This document shows positions 20,401 to 31,587 of a DNA stretch of 64,000 bases, piece after piece. The notes below the pieces were generated by a model. It searched no databases and was not told where the DNA came from. It saw only the letters and a program-made list of their open reading frames with translations. A program made the position numbers and the translations under genes. Every line of letters starts with the position of its first letter. Position 1 is the first letter of the stretch. The stretch lies in contig CM059431.1 in the NCBI GenBank assembly GCA_030390025.1, positions 128,032,001 through 128,096,000 of the forward strand, read 5' to 3'. This DNA comes from Squalus acanthias. Taxonomy: Eukaryota.

Positions 20401-21972
20401 CCTCAGCTTGCCGTGTCGCTCTTGGAGCAGCACAGCGCTCAAGCTGTCTCCGCTGGCAGCTACCTCCAGGAAAAACTCCTTCCCCCCATCTATGGCCCCT
20501 AAAGCTGGCGCGGTCTGCAAATCCCTTTTTAACTTCTCGAATGCTGCCTCACAACCCTCGTCCCAAGACCACTCCACTCCCTTATGGAGGAGTCGGAGCA
20601 GCGGAGCTGCTGTGGCCGCATAGTCCTCGATGAAGTCTCTACAGTAACTGGTCAGTCCCAGAAAGGACCTCACACCCGTTATGGTGTTGGGAATCGGTAA
20701 CTCCTGCACCGACTCCCTCCTAGCCTTATCTATGGCTCTTTCCCCAGCGCGAATGGTCAGACGCAGGAATTTTACTTCCTGCTGACCGATACGTGCTTTC
20801 TTAGGGTTAACTTTAAAACCCTTTCTCGCCAGCAACTCCAATAACTCGGCTAGCAGTGGTCCATGCTCCTCCCTTGAGTCCGTGAACAGGAGCAAATCAT
20901 CCACGTACTGTACTATCTGATTGGGCTGACTAAACTCCTTTAAACTTCCTGCCATACACTGATGGAAAATACTGGTGCTGTTGTGGAACTCCTGTGGCAG
21001 ACAGTTCCATGTGTACTGTTGTCCTTTAAAAGTAAAGGCAAACTTGTACTGGTCCTCTCGCCGCAGCGGGATGGACCAAAAACCGTTCGAATTATCCAGC
21101 ACCGTGAACGTGGTCGCGGATGCTGGGATACTCCCTATTAGGTCAGCAACTGCTGCTACTGTGGGCGCGCAGGCGGGGATGTTACTGTTAAGGACTCTGT
21201 AGTCCACCGTGGCCTTCCACGAATTATCCGGCTTCCTAACCGGCCATAATGGGGAGTTCACGTGTGTGGCTATCGGCCTCAACACGCCCTGCTGCACCAA
21301 TGAGGACATTGCTGTCTCCATGTCGGGTTCTGCTTCTTTGGGGAAGTTATACTGCTTTTGGGGCCGGGTCATGGGGTCCCCATCTACGCTGACCTCAAAC
21401 CCGGTAACCCTCCCACAATCGTGCTTGTGGGTTGCAAACACGTGCATATTATCTGACACGTACGCTTGCATGTCCGTTGGGACATCCGCGACCATAAGCC
21501 CGAGGTCGTAACCTCCGGATGGCTTCATGGTACACAGGGCCCCTTTACCTTCCTTCCCTGGGATTACAACTACCTTGCCTTTCCCACCCTTGGCTCCCCA
21601 GAGACAGTGATTCCTAAGGTCCACGAGGATCCCGTGTTCCGATAGGAGATCCGATCCGAGGATACCTCTGCCACCCCCCTCTTGCCATTTCATCAGTATG
21701 CACTTCCATGTGATGTGGAGTGCTCCTAAATGAATGGAGAGCGGGATGGAGAACGCACCAGCCTGCTTTTTTCCTGTGAACCCCGCTAATGTGTATGGGA
21801 CCTTGGTAGACAGCGGTGAGTCAAAGGGGCTATCCGTATGAATCACGGTGCATGAAGCTCCCGTTTCCAACAAATAACTACCCTTCTGCTTCTCTACCTC
21901 CATCTCTACCAGGGGTCTTTTCCACGCATCATAGCTGAGCGGACACAGGTAAACGGGCTGCGCGGGCTCTAG
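17478..21972 (-). pseudogene. pol: Element B pol: PR, RT (YVDD), tether RNase H, second RNase H, IN (HHCC, DDE, GPY) and ~270-aa tail
   Basis: LLETGAS; QYVDDLL; FLEVAAS...; IYVDGSS...SAQQAE...KVKAH...NQQADALA; QIDYIGP/ESDQG/IVERMN. Frameshifts near 19835 and 18645; stops at 19682-19684 and 19250-19252. Confidence 0.92.
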
Positions 21973-23796
21973 TCATTGGGTACTGGTGGACGGGGTTGTG
22001 GCATCTGTGAGGCCGGTAGCGACTGCCACCCTTCCTTGTGAAATCATGAGGGACCGCATAGCTCCCAACATTGATTCTATCGCAGCGGGATGGATAGGCA
22101 CACCAGCTCCTCTCTCAGAGACAGGCGCTTGGGTTCGGGCTGCGGGATTTTTATCCCTGGGGTCCTTCCAGGGGTTCCTACAGTTCTTACGCCAGTGACC
22201 TGTCTTCCCGCACCCGTAACAAGCACCACTGGCTTGTGGGGCGCGGTTTCCCTCCTGATGCCACTCCTTTTGAGCCGGGGCTGCGGGCCGTGCCTCATGC
22301 ACCTTTCCCTTAAGGGGACGCGCTCCCGTGCTCCTAGTGTTACGATACCCTATGGTGAGTGGATTTAGGACAGACTCCTCTGTTGTGGCGGGGTTAGTGG
22401 GATCAAACCACGCTTTGGCCTGCTCCCTGACGGCTGGCAAACTGTTGGCTACTAAACACCTGAGCCAATGAGTTAAACCGGCACCGTTCAGGTAATTGCC
22501 CCCTGGCGCGCCTGGGCAGCTACGCTGGTATACTGGCCACAGCCTGTCGGCGAAAACCTTCGGGGGTTCTCCCTCCATCTGTATGGTTTGACTCAATCTG
22601 ACGAACGGACCTTCGTCATCCGCCCCTAACACTTCTAGGACCTCGTCCCGTAACTCCTCATAGGTTTTATTTCCCTTCTTGCTCTCGTCTGAGAGACACT
22701 GGAGGATCGAGCTATCTAACAAGAACAGCAGCATTTTGGTCTTTTCCACATCGTCGCAGCCATTAATTGCTGCGGTCTGTTCTACCTCCCTGAAGTGTAC
22801 GGAAGGGTCGTCTGACTCGGACAGCTTCCGTACATGGCTAATCATTGCTCTTAGCTGGTGTGAGCTGTGAGGCAATACCAGCTGGTTCAGGACATCCCCG
22901 TCATCCCCATTGGCTGCGTTCGGGCCTCTCTTGTGACCACGGAGCGGACACATCGGTCCCGGTCTCGGCTCTACCTCCAGGGATTGTCCTACCTCGGGAA
23001 CCTCCTTTTCTATTTCCACCACTTCCTCCCTTACCCAGGTTGCCGAATAGCTGGGTGGCGCGGAGGGCACAGTGGCAAATACCTCCTCTGCTTTGTCTGG
23101 TAGGGATTTTGGGAATTCCCTACCCACCTGTGGCTGGTTTGCTGACGGGCTGATGAGGCACACCAAGCCGTTTGCCTTATTCAGGGCCTCTCTTAGGTTC
23201 CCTATCTCCTTCTGGCAAACACTGTGGTCGGCTCCCTCATGCCTATCCTCGAGGGCCATCTTATATGCCGCCTTAACTTCCTTCAAGCTTTCTTCCTGGA
23301 CTTTTATCTGGTTAGCTAGGCGGGCACACCGTTCTCTAATCCTACCCTCGTTTAATTTCGCTTCCGTGACCTGACACTCTAGTTAATCAATTTTAGCCTC
23401 ATGGTGGTTGGCTACTATCTGGCGTTCCTGATGTAACGCATTCAAGGATGCAATGAGTTTCTGTCCTCCCGTGATCTTTTCCACCATCTCAACTTCCAAA
23501 TCCCTGATCTGAGCTGCCTGTGCAACAATGACCTGGTCCGAAAGTTGGACTTGCTTCTTGTAGCACATCAGCCAGACTGCTTTCTCCACCGACTTCTTAT
23601 GCTCTTTACTGCCTGTCCATTTGATGGCTGCGTCTAGCGGACGCTTATCCATCAGTAGGTCACTTATCCACCTTTTGGTTAAGTTAACCTTCCCAAACAC
23701 ATAGTCGGCTACCCTCTCATCCATCACATTTCACCTATTCACACCAGGGTCTAAAACATTACTCTCTCGCTGCCAGTGTCCTGCCGCGGTCGCCAT
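21973..23796 (-). pseudogene. gag: Element B gag with two in-frame stops
   Basis: Starts MATAAGHWQRE as in A; stops at 23731-23733 (A has CGA here) and 23383-23385; CYGCGKTGHWRKNC knuckle. Confidence 0.92.
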
Positions 23797-23800
23797 TTTC

Positions 23801-25505
23801 TGTAAGGGGTTTCGGCGTGCTTGTATCATAGACGGTGCTGGTGCGAGGTTAGGCCTTCGTTGCCTAATACTATTGCTTGCTCTGGTCTCCAGCCAGCCTT
23901 GTTGCAATAAGCACCTGTGAGTGGTTTGACCCACTCGCCCTTACGGTTCTAACAATGGACTTAGGTGCGAGAGCAGTAATGCAGAGAAAAACTCAAATAG
24001 ACCCGGTTGAATAGTACAAAATGGAAATCTTTATTGCATAGCGTCCAAAATCATGAAGTACATGTCATAGGCGCAAATTAACGAGAGTACAAGTATACAT
24101 AGATTCATAAAGCTTGGTCTATGGTAATGAAGAACGCACGGCACATCGTAAAAAGGGGAACACATTATACTTTATCCTTAATAAAACCACCCTCCCCTAT
24201 CAATACCTACACTACATCTAGATTTGTAGGATCGGGAAACATGCTCACCACTCGTGATACTTCGGAGAATTTTAAAGTGAGGCACTCGGCTCGTTTCGCT
24301 GCAGCGCCTGACTGTCACGTGTTTGGAGGGGTCTCTGTACCCCACTTGTTTATCTTCGCTGCTGCGACAAGCAGGCCGGGCTCCCCGTTGTCATGAAGAA
24401 CTCGAGAGAACTCGGGCCCGGCTGTAGAACTCAAAGAAAAGTCTTCCTGTACCGACACCAGTTGTCGGTAGAATTCAAAGAAGAGTCTTTGACCGGTTCG
24501 TGCAATAACCTGTAGAGTTCAAGAAGTGGGTCTTATATTTTCGGGCGCGGTCGGGGTTTACTGACCGCGGCGGCACGTGGATCTTCTTCTTTTCTTGTCA
24601 TTTCGTCTTGTCTTGTTGGGCCTTCGAGTCCAGACACCGTTTACCGACTCTCGGGATGGTGCACCCGGTCACTTGCCTTTGTCGAGGCGGCTCGTTCCGA
24701 TTGAGCTCCACCCAACATTCGAATAACCGTTCAGTGCGGCTAAAAGTTCAGAGTCAATAGAGTCCAGAGAAACACAGCAGGCTGCTCGTCCAGCAGAGCG
24801 ATACCCGAGGATCAGAACAGGAGAATAAGAGTTCAGCCCGAGTCAAGAGTCAGCAGAGTTAAGAGAGCGATGGACATTTGTTCACTATAGTTATAGTGCC
24901 GTGTTCCCTTATCTCCCGCCCAAATCTTAATGTTTGTCCTTTGTGAAATATTGGCGCTCAAAACTCCCAGCATGGGGCGATTCTTGTTTTTAACGGGTTT
25001 CGGTAGCACCTGAAACTGGCCAAAACTACCCGTTAATGTTTTCCCCATTGTTGAACCAGCTGGGAGCCTCCCTGGCTGGGTTTTGGGGGCCCCCGAATAC
25101 TTGTTTAATTACCCGAGAATGGCTCTCTCAGTGTAGATCCGTGGGGGTATTTGTGTATTGATGTGTCTGGATGGGCCTTCAATTGCCCAGTACAATGGTC
25201 CTTACTTGTGCATGGAAAACGATTCCAGCACTCATATCTTTTGCTATTGTCACAAATGCAAACAGGTTGCATCCTGTCTTTATCAGTGCTTATCGAGTAT
25301 GATCCCGTCTTATATTGAAATGTTTATTCGAACGCCATCTTGTCTGCCCACTGTAATTCTGGAAGCTTCTGCCACGATGCGCAGCGGCCATTTTACAGGC
25401 TTCTGTGTCCTTTTTAATCATGACAGCATTTCGTTTAAATAAACTGATCAAACGAATCTGCTTCTCTCTTGTTATTTTGAATCGCGATAATTGCGAAACT
25501 TTGCA
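23801..25505 (-). repeat. Element B 5' LTR (~1.7 kb)
   Basis: Ends CCCCTTACA followed by GAAAA and the PBS, as in A; homologous to 1-631 and to the solo LTR at 60249. Confidence 0.92.
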
Positions 25506-25619
25506 GTGGTACATGTAATGCTGTGAAAGGTGGGACCATAGTTTTGTTGTATTTGAGAGGGGAATACAGATTTTCTTTTTACGGCGGAAAGTAGTGTAAT
25601 GGTTTGTCACATGGTCACA

Positions 25620-26505
25620 AGGATGCCAAGAAACTCCAGGATGATTTGGACAGGTTGGGTGATTGGGCAGAAGCAATATAACGTGGATAAATGCGAGGTT
25701 CTCCACTTTGGTGTCAAAAACAGAAAGGCAGATTATTATCTGAATGGCAATAGATTGGAACAAGGGGAAGTGCAACGAGACCTGGGTGTCCTTGTGCACC
25801 AGTCGCTGAAGGTAAGCATGCAGGTGTAGCAGGCGATTAAGAAGGCAAATGGCATGTTGGCCTTCATAGCGAGAGGGTTTGAGTACAGGAACAAGGATGT
25901 CTTCCTGCAGTTGTACAGGGCCTTGGTGAGACCACACCTTGAGTACTGTGTGCAGTTTTGGTCGCCTTATCTGAGGAAGGATGTTCTTTCCATGGAGGGA
26001 GTTCAGCGAAGATTCACAAGGCTGATACCTGGGATGGCAGGAATGACGTATGAAGAGACATTGGGTCTTTTGGGCTTATACTCGCTGGAATTTAGAAGAA
26101 TGAGAGGGGATCTCATTGAAACTTATAAAATTCTGACAGGACAGGACAAACTAGATGCAGGAAGGATGTTCCCGATGGTCGGGGAGTCCAGAACCAGGGG
26201 TCACAGTCTAAGGATAAGGGGTAAGCCATTTAGGACAGAAATGAGGAGGAATTTCTTCACCCAGAGAGTGGTGAACCTGTGGAATTCTCTGCCACAGAAA
26301 GCAGTAGAGGCCAATTCATCAAATAGATTCAAGAAGGAGTTGGATATGTGTCTTAAGGCTAAAGGGATCAAGGGATATGGGGAGAAACCAGGGACAGGGT
26401 ACTGAATTTGGATGATCAGCCATGATCGCATTGAATGGCAGAGCAGGCTCGAGGGGCCGAATGGCCTACTCCTGCTCCTATCTTCTATGATTCTATGATT
26501 CTATG
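25620..26505 (+). mobile_element. CR1-clade LINE, 5'-truncated (ORF2 C-terminus, 3' UTR)
   Basis: LYRALVRPHLEYCVQFWSPY...RRMRGDLIETYKI; tail (TTCTATGA)n. Confidence 0.9.
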
Positions 26506-27209
26506 GTTTGGTATGAGCATGCTCAGTTCGCTCTGGCCTAATAAAGCAAGCACATGAACTAGCAACTCGTCGTGTCTCTGTCCTTTATTTGTTCTACCCA
26601 CATATATTACATACTCGAAGGAGAAAAAACTGCAGGGATATTAGGTCCAAAGTGGATGACCTCACACTTGCCTATATTGAAATCCATTTGCCATAGTTTT
26701 GCCCATTCATTTAATCTATTTGTAATTTTATGCTTTCATCAGTTGAGCATATTCAAGGTTGAGATAGATTTTTGGAATCTAGGGGAATCAAGGGATATGG
26801 GTGGGAAGGTGGAGTTAAGGTCGAAGATCAGGCATGATCTTATTGAATGACGGAGCAGCCTCGAAGGACCGTATGGCCTACTCCTGCTCCTAATTCTTAT
26901 GTTCTTATGTTCTTATCTACACTGCTTACAATGCTGCCTATCTTTGTGTCATCGGCATATGTGGATATGTGGCTCTCCATGCCAGCATTTAAGTCACTAA
27001 TAAATATGGTAAATAGTTGAGGCCCCAGTCAGATCCCTGTGGAACACAACTAGTCACATTCTGCCAATTTGAGTGCCTGCCCATTATACCTACTCTCTGT
27101 CTCCTGCCACTCAGCCAATTTTCTAACCAGGTTAATAATTTGCCTTCAGTTCCATGAGCTTCAACTTTAGCTAACAGTCTCTTATGAGGGACATTATTGA
27201 ATGTCTTGT

Positions 27210-28180
27210 AGAATCATAGAACCATAAAATAGTAGAGCACAGTAGGAGGCCATTCAGCCTATCGAGTCTGCCGACTCTTTTGAAGAGCAATCCAGTTAGT
27301 CCCACTCCCCTCTCTCCCCATATCCCTGCAATTTTTTCTCCTTCAAGTATTTATCCAATTCCCTTTTGAAGGCTACAATTGAATTTGTATCCACTACCCT
27401 ATCAGACTGTGCATTCCAAATCCTAACCACTCATTGTGCAAAAAAGTTTTCCTCATGTCGCCTCTGGTTCTTTTGCCAGTCACCTTAAATCTGCGCCCTC
27501 TCGATATAGACCCTTCAGCCATTGGAGACACTTTCCCTTTATTTACTCGATCTAAACCCTTCATGATTTTAAACACCTCGATCAAATCTCCTCTTAGCCT
27601 TCTCTCCTCCAAGGAGAACAACCCCAGCTTCTCTAGTCTATCCCCGTAACATTAATCCTTCATCCCTGGAACCATTCTAGTAAATCTTTTCTGTACCCTC
27701 TCCAAAGCCTTCACATCCTTCCTAAAACGTGGCGCCCAGAATTGGACACAATCCTCCAAACTAGTGTTTTATATAGGTTTAGGATAACTTCCTGACTTTT
27801 GTAATCTATGCCTCTATTTATAAAGCCCAGGATCCCATATGCTTTATTAACTACTTTGTTAACCTGTCCTGTCACCTTTAAAGATTTGTGCACAAGCACC
27901 CCCAGGTCTCTCTGTTCTTTAAAATTGTACCATTTAGTGTGTATGGTCTTTCCTCATTCTTCTTACAAAAATGTATCACCTCACACTTCTCTGCGTTGAA
28001 TTTCATCTGCCATGTGTCCGACCATTCCACCAGCCTGTCTATGTCTTCTTGAAGTCTATTACTATCTTCCTCAGTGTTTACTACAATTCCAAGTTTCATG
28101 TCGTCTGCAAATTTTGAAATTACCCCCAAGTCCAAGTTATTAATGTATATCAAAAACAGCAGTGGTCCTAGTACTGAACC
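27210..28180 (-). mobile_element. CR1 LINE 3' fragment
   Basis: ISKFADDMKLG, ERRLRGDLIEVFKI and a CR1-type 3' tail. Confidence 0.85.
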
Positions 28181-28346
28181 TTATAAATAACACCCACATA
28201 CATTCCCCTGTCCACTACTTTAATCACCTCTTCAAAAAAATTCAATCTGGTTCGTCAGGCATGACCTGGCCTTTACAATTCAATGCAGGCTCTACCTGAT
28301 GGGCTGAAAGTTTTCAAGGTGTTTAGTCACTCTATCCTTAATTATA

Positions 28347-29093
28347 GGGGGAAAACTTCGGTTGCTTTGCGCCTCCCATTAGCGCCCGAAGAGGGCGCTA
28401 ACGGGAGGCGCAAAGCAACTAGCGTCCGGGCGCAAAGCAACTTGTGCCCGGGCACGGCGCCGCCAACGCCTCCCATGAAATTCAGTGGGAGATTAGCGGC
28501 GGTAGTAACCGTTAGCGCCCCATGGCGCTGCGCCGCTGCGTCATCGCCGTGTGCAGCGCCCCGCTCACGCCCCGGCCGTGATCTTCGGTAGCGCCCCCTG
28601 ACTTACCACCAGACGCTATGTCTGACGGGGTCAGGGGGGCCTAACTACGGCCAGGGCGGCGCTAGATAAAGGGAAGATGGCGGGCGGCCATTTTTGTTGC
28701 TAGCCGTCTGCCAGCACCTGCCCCCATTGCTGTCCCCGGCCCCCATGAAGCCCCCCCCTCCGTGGAGTGCTGGCTGCTCTCCCTGAGCCTGGCACTCCTC
28801 TTGAGTGCCGGGCTCGTTTGCCGGCACTTCTGATCCCTGGTGGCCCAGCTGGGTGCCAGGGCATGCTGCGCCAGGCCCCTCCCCTTTAATAAAGAGTGGA
28901 AGGCCTGCAGTTCCGCAGCATGCAGCCCCGCGATAATGCCTCACAGTGCCCTTAGAGGGATGCGGAGTGCTTCCAGTAGCGCCCCTCCTCCCTCTCGGGG
29001 CGCTACCTGGGAAAATCGGCCGCGGGGGCACTAATTTTTTGGGGGCCCCGTGAAGTTAGCGCCCCAAAGGGGGCGAGACTCAATTTTTCCCCC
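28347..29093. mobile_element. GC-rich non-autonomous TIR element (Harbinger-like MITE)
   Basis: Termini GGGGGAAAA...TTTTCCCCC; interrupts CR1 sequence. Confidence 0.6.
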
Positions 29094-29845
29094 TATTAAT
29101 TTCCCTGGTTTCCCTCTCTTACCTTTCTTAAATAGCAGAGTGACATGTACAATTTTCCAAGCTAAACAAACGGTTCTTGAATTGAGAGAACTTTGAAGAT
29201 GATAGTTAGGTCATCTGCAATGTTTTCAACTACTTCCTTTAGATTCCTGAGATGGAATCCATCTGGCCTGGGAATTTGTCACTCTTATTTTCTTCATTAC
29301 AGTTAATTTTGGTGATTCCCCATCCCTGATTCAATATTGGTTTCCTTGGCATGCTATTATCTTCATTTACTGTAAATACTGACGCAAAGTAATCATTTAA
29401 TTCGTCCGCCATTTCCTTGTTTTCATTTACAATATCTCTGTTATCAGCTTTCAAGGGGCTGATATTGCTCCTGACCACCTTATTTTTCCTAATACAATTG
29501 TAACAAAATTTTGCTTTGATTTTGATATCCCTTGCAATTTTCTTTTCATGCTCCCTTTTGTAACTCTTACTATCTGTTTTGTCACCTTTTGTTGCTCTTT
29601 GTATCTCTCGCAGTTGCCAGGATCTGTGCTAGTTTTTGCATTTTTGTATGCTTTTTATGTTGTCCCTTACCTCTTTAGTTGTCCATGGCTTTTTTTTGGC
29701 AAGTAAAGCTCTTACCCCTTAGAGGTATAAACTGGTTCTTTATCATGTTAAATTTGTTTTTGAACACCTCCCTTGATTTTCTGTCGATTTACCCATTAAC
29801 AGATTTGCCCAATTTACTGTGGACATTCTCTGTCTCATCCTGTTG

Positions 29846-30065
29846 ATGATGCGGAGATGCCGGCGTTGGACTGGGGTGGACAAAAATGAGAAGTCGCACA
29901 ACACCAGGTTATAGTCCAACAGATTTATTTAAAATTACAAGCTTTCGGAGCTGTCGCCCCTTCCTCATTGTAACTTTACCTGAGGAAGGGGCGACAGCTC
30001 TGAAAGCTTGTAATTTTAAATAAATCTGTTGGACTATAACCTGGTGTTGTGCGACTTCTCATTTT
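29846..30065. mobile_element. Penelope-derived fold-back insert
   Basis: Near-perfect inverted repeat with ~85-bp arms; TSD CATCCTGTTG on both sides; hammerhead-like core. Confidence 0.7.
29976..30013 (+). ncRNA. Putative minimal hammerhead ribozyme
   Basis: TTAC-CTGAGGA-A-GGGGC GACA GCTCT-GAAA-GCT-T-GTAA: CUGANGA/GAAA core, stem II, stem I TTAC:GTAA, palindromic AGCT. Confidence 0.6.
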
Positions 30066-30270
30066 CATCCTGTTGAAGCCAGCCTTACCTAGATCTAGAA
30101 ACTTAGTAGCTGTTTCACGTTTCTCCTTTCAAAGACAATGTTGAACTTGATCATGTTATGATCGCTATTAGATAAATGTTGATGCATCATTAGGCTGTTA
30201 ACTAAAGCTGGCTCGATGCTCATTATTAAATCTAATATTGCCTGCACCCTTGTTGGTTCTAGGACATAAT

Positions 30271-31014
30271 GGGCCGAAAATTGATCCCGGGACGCGAGAG
30301 TACGCACTGCATACTCTCGCGTATTCCCACTCCAATTGCCGGTTTTCTGCATGCCCTGCGCATGCGCTGAAAACCGGCAATTGCTCTTCCGAAAAGGGGG
30401 CGGGGCCGGAGTGCATCGCGTGCGCGCTACAGGCTGCGCGCACGCTGTGCACTTCATGCTTTGGACGCGCAGGTAAGTACTGAAGATTTTGGAAATGTAA
30501 AAAGGAGGAGTAAGACCCGCTTTTAAGAAGGTAAGTAGTGAATTAAGTATTTTTTTGAATTTTTTTTTACAGGTATATCTTTTTTATAGACTTTAAAGAC
30601 AGGTAAGTTTATTTTTATAACTTTTTAAAAGATTTTAAATTTTTTCAAAAATTTAATTTTTTATTTAAAATGGTTAATTTAATTAACTATACTTATTTTA
30701 TTAATGTGATGGGTTTTTTTTAAAATTTAATTGAGGTTTAGCTGTTATTTTGGGGGGGTGTAAGATTCATAAGTCTCTCAGCCATGCTGTGAGACTTATG
30801 AATGGAAGATGGTGTGCTGCCATTGGCTCTAACTGAGTCACGTGATCCCACAGCTCGCACGAATTAACTACGCCGCTGGGATACGCAAGCCCAGCACAGC
30901 TGATGTCTGGAACATCAATTTCGTGCGAGCTGGATCAGAAAAAGCATAAGCGAGGTGAGACATCGCGGGAAAGGCTTACCCCCGCGGGAACAGAGCGAGA
31001 TCAATTTCTGGGCC
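30271..31014. mobile_element. Non-autonomous TIR element (Harbinger-like)
   Basis: GGGCCGAAAATTGATC...GATCAATTTCTGGGCC termini inside CR1 sequence. Confidence 0.65.
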
Positions 31015-31099
31015 ATTATTGCAGAAAACTATCCTGAACACACTCAAGAAATTCGCTACCTTTCTGACTTGGCTAGTCTGCTTATCCCAATCTATATGA

Positions 31100-31287
31100 A
31101 AAGTCGCACAACACCAGGTTATAGTGCACTTTGAGCCGGCAGTTTGTGGTGTCAATAGTGGTCATGATGCGGAGATGCCGGTGTTAGACTGGGGTGGACA
31201 AAAATAAGAAGTCGCACCTATAACCTGGTGTTGTGCGAATTCTCATTTTTGTCCACCCCAGTCCAACACCGGCATCTCCGCATCATG
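31100..31287. mobile_element. Penelope-derived insert with internal inverted repeat
   Basis: 14-bp TSD CCCAATCTATATGA (31086-31099/31288-31301); shares sequence with 29846-30065. Confidence 0.7.
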
Positions 31288-31587
31288 CCCAATCTATATG
31301 ACAGTTAAAATCCCTGATTAAAACTACGCTGCCTTTACTACATGCTTGTCTAATCACTACATTTATACATTCTGCCACTTCATAGCTGCTACCAGGGGGC
31401 CTATACACAACTACCACTACAGTCTTAAATCTTTTTCCATTTATTAATTTTACCCATAAAGTATCCACTGCCTGCTTGCCTCTCATTATATCCTCTCTTA
31501 TCATTGAGGTACTTTTAGCCTTAATCACTAAGGCTGATCCTCCCCCTCTACCAGTTTCCATATCCTTCCTGTAGACCTTATAACCTG

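Larger units (their letters stand above)
1..25505 (-). mobile_element. Element B: env-bearing endogenous retrovirus-like provirus (lokiretrovirus-like), decayed, runs off the left window edge and hosts elements A and C
   Basis: Minus-strand order LTR-PBS-gag-pol-env-PPT-LTR. Bases 1-631 match 24873-25505 at about 98% by eye. The lineage label is inferred from the dual RNase H and F-like Env. Confidence 0.92.

Noticed and set aside
21862..21870. Protease motif ETG instead of DTG
   Set aside because: Element B carries several other lesions, so decay is the simplest explanation.
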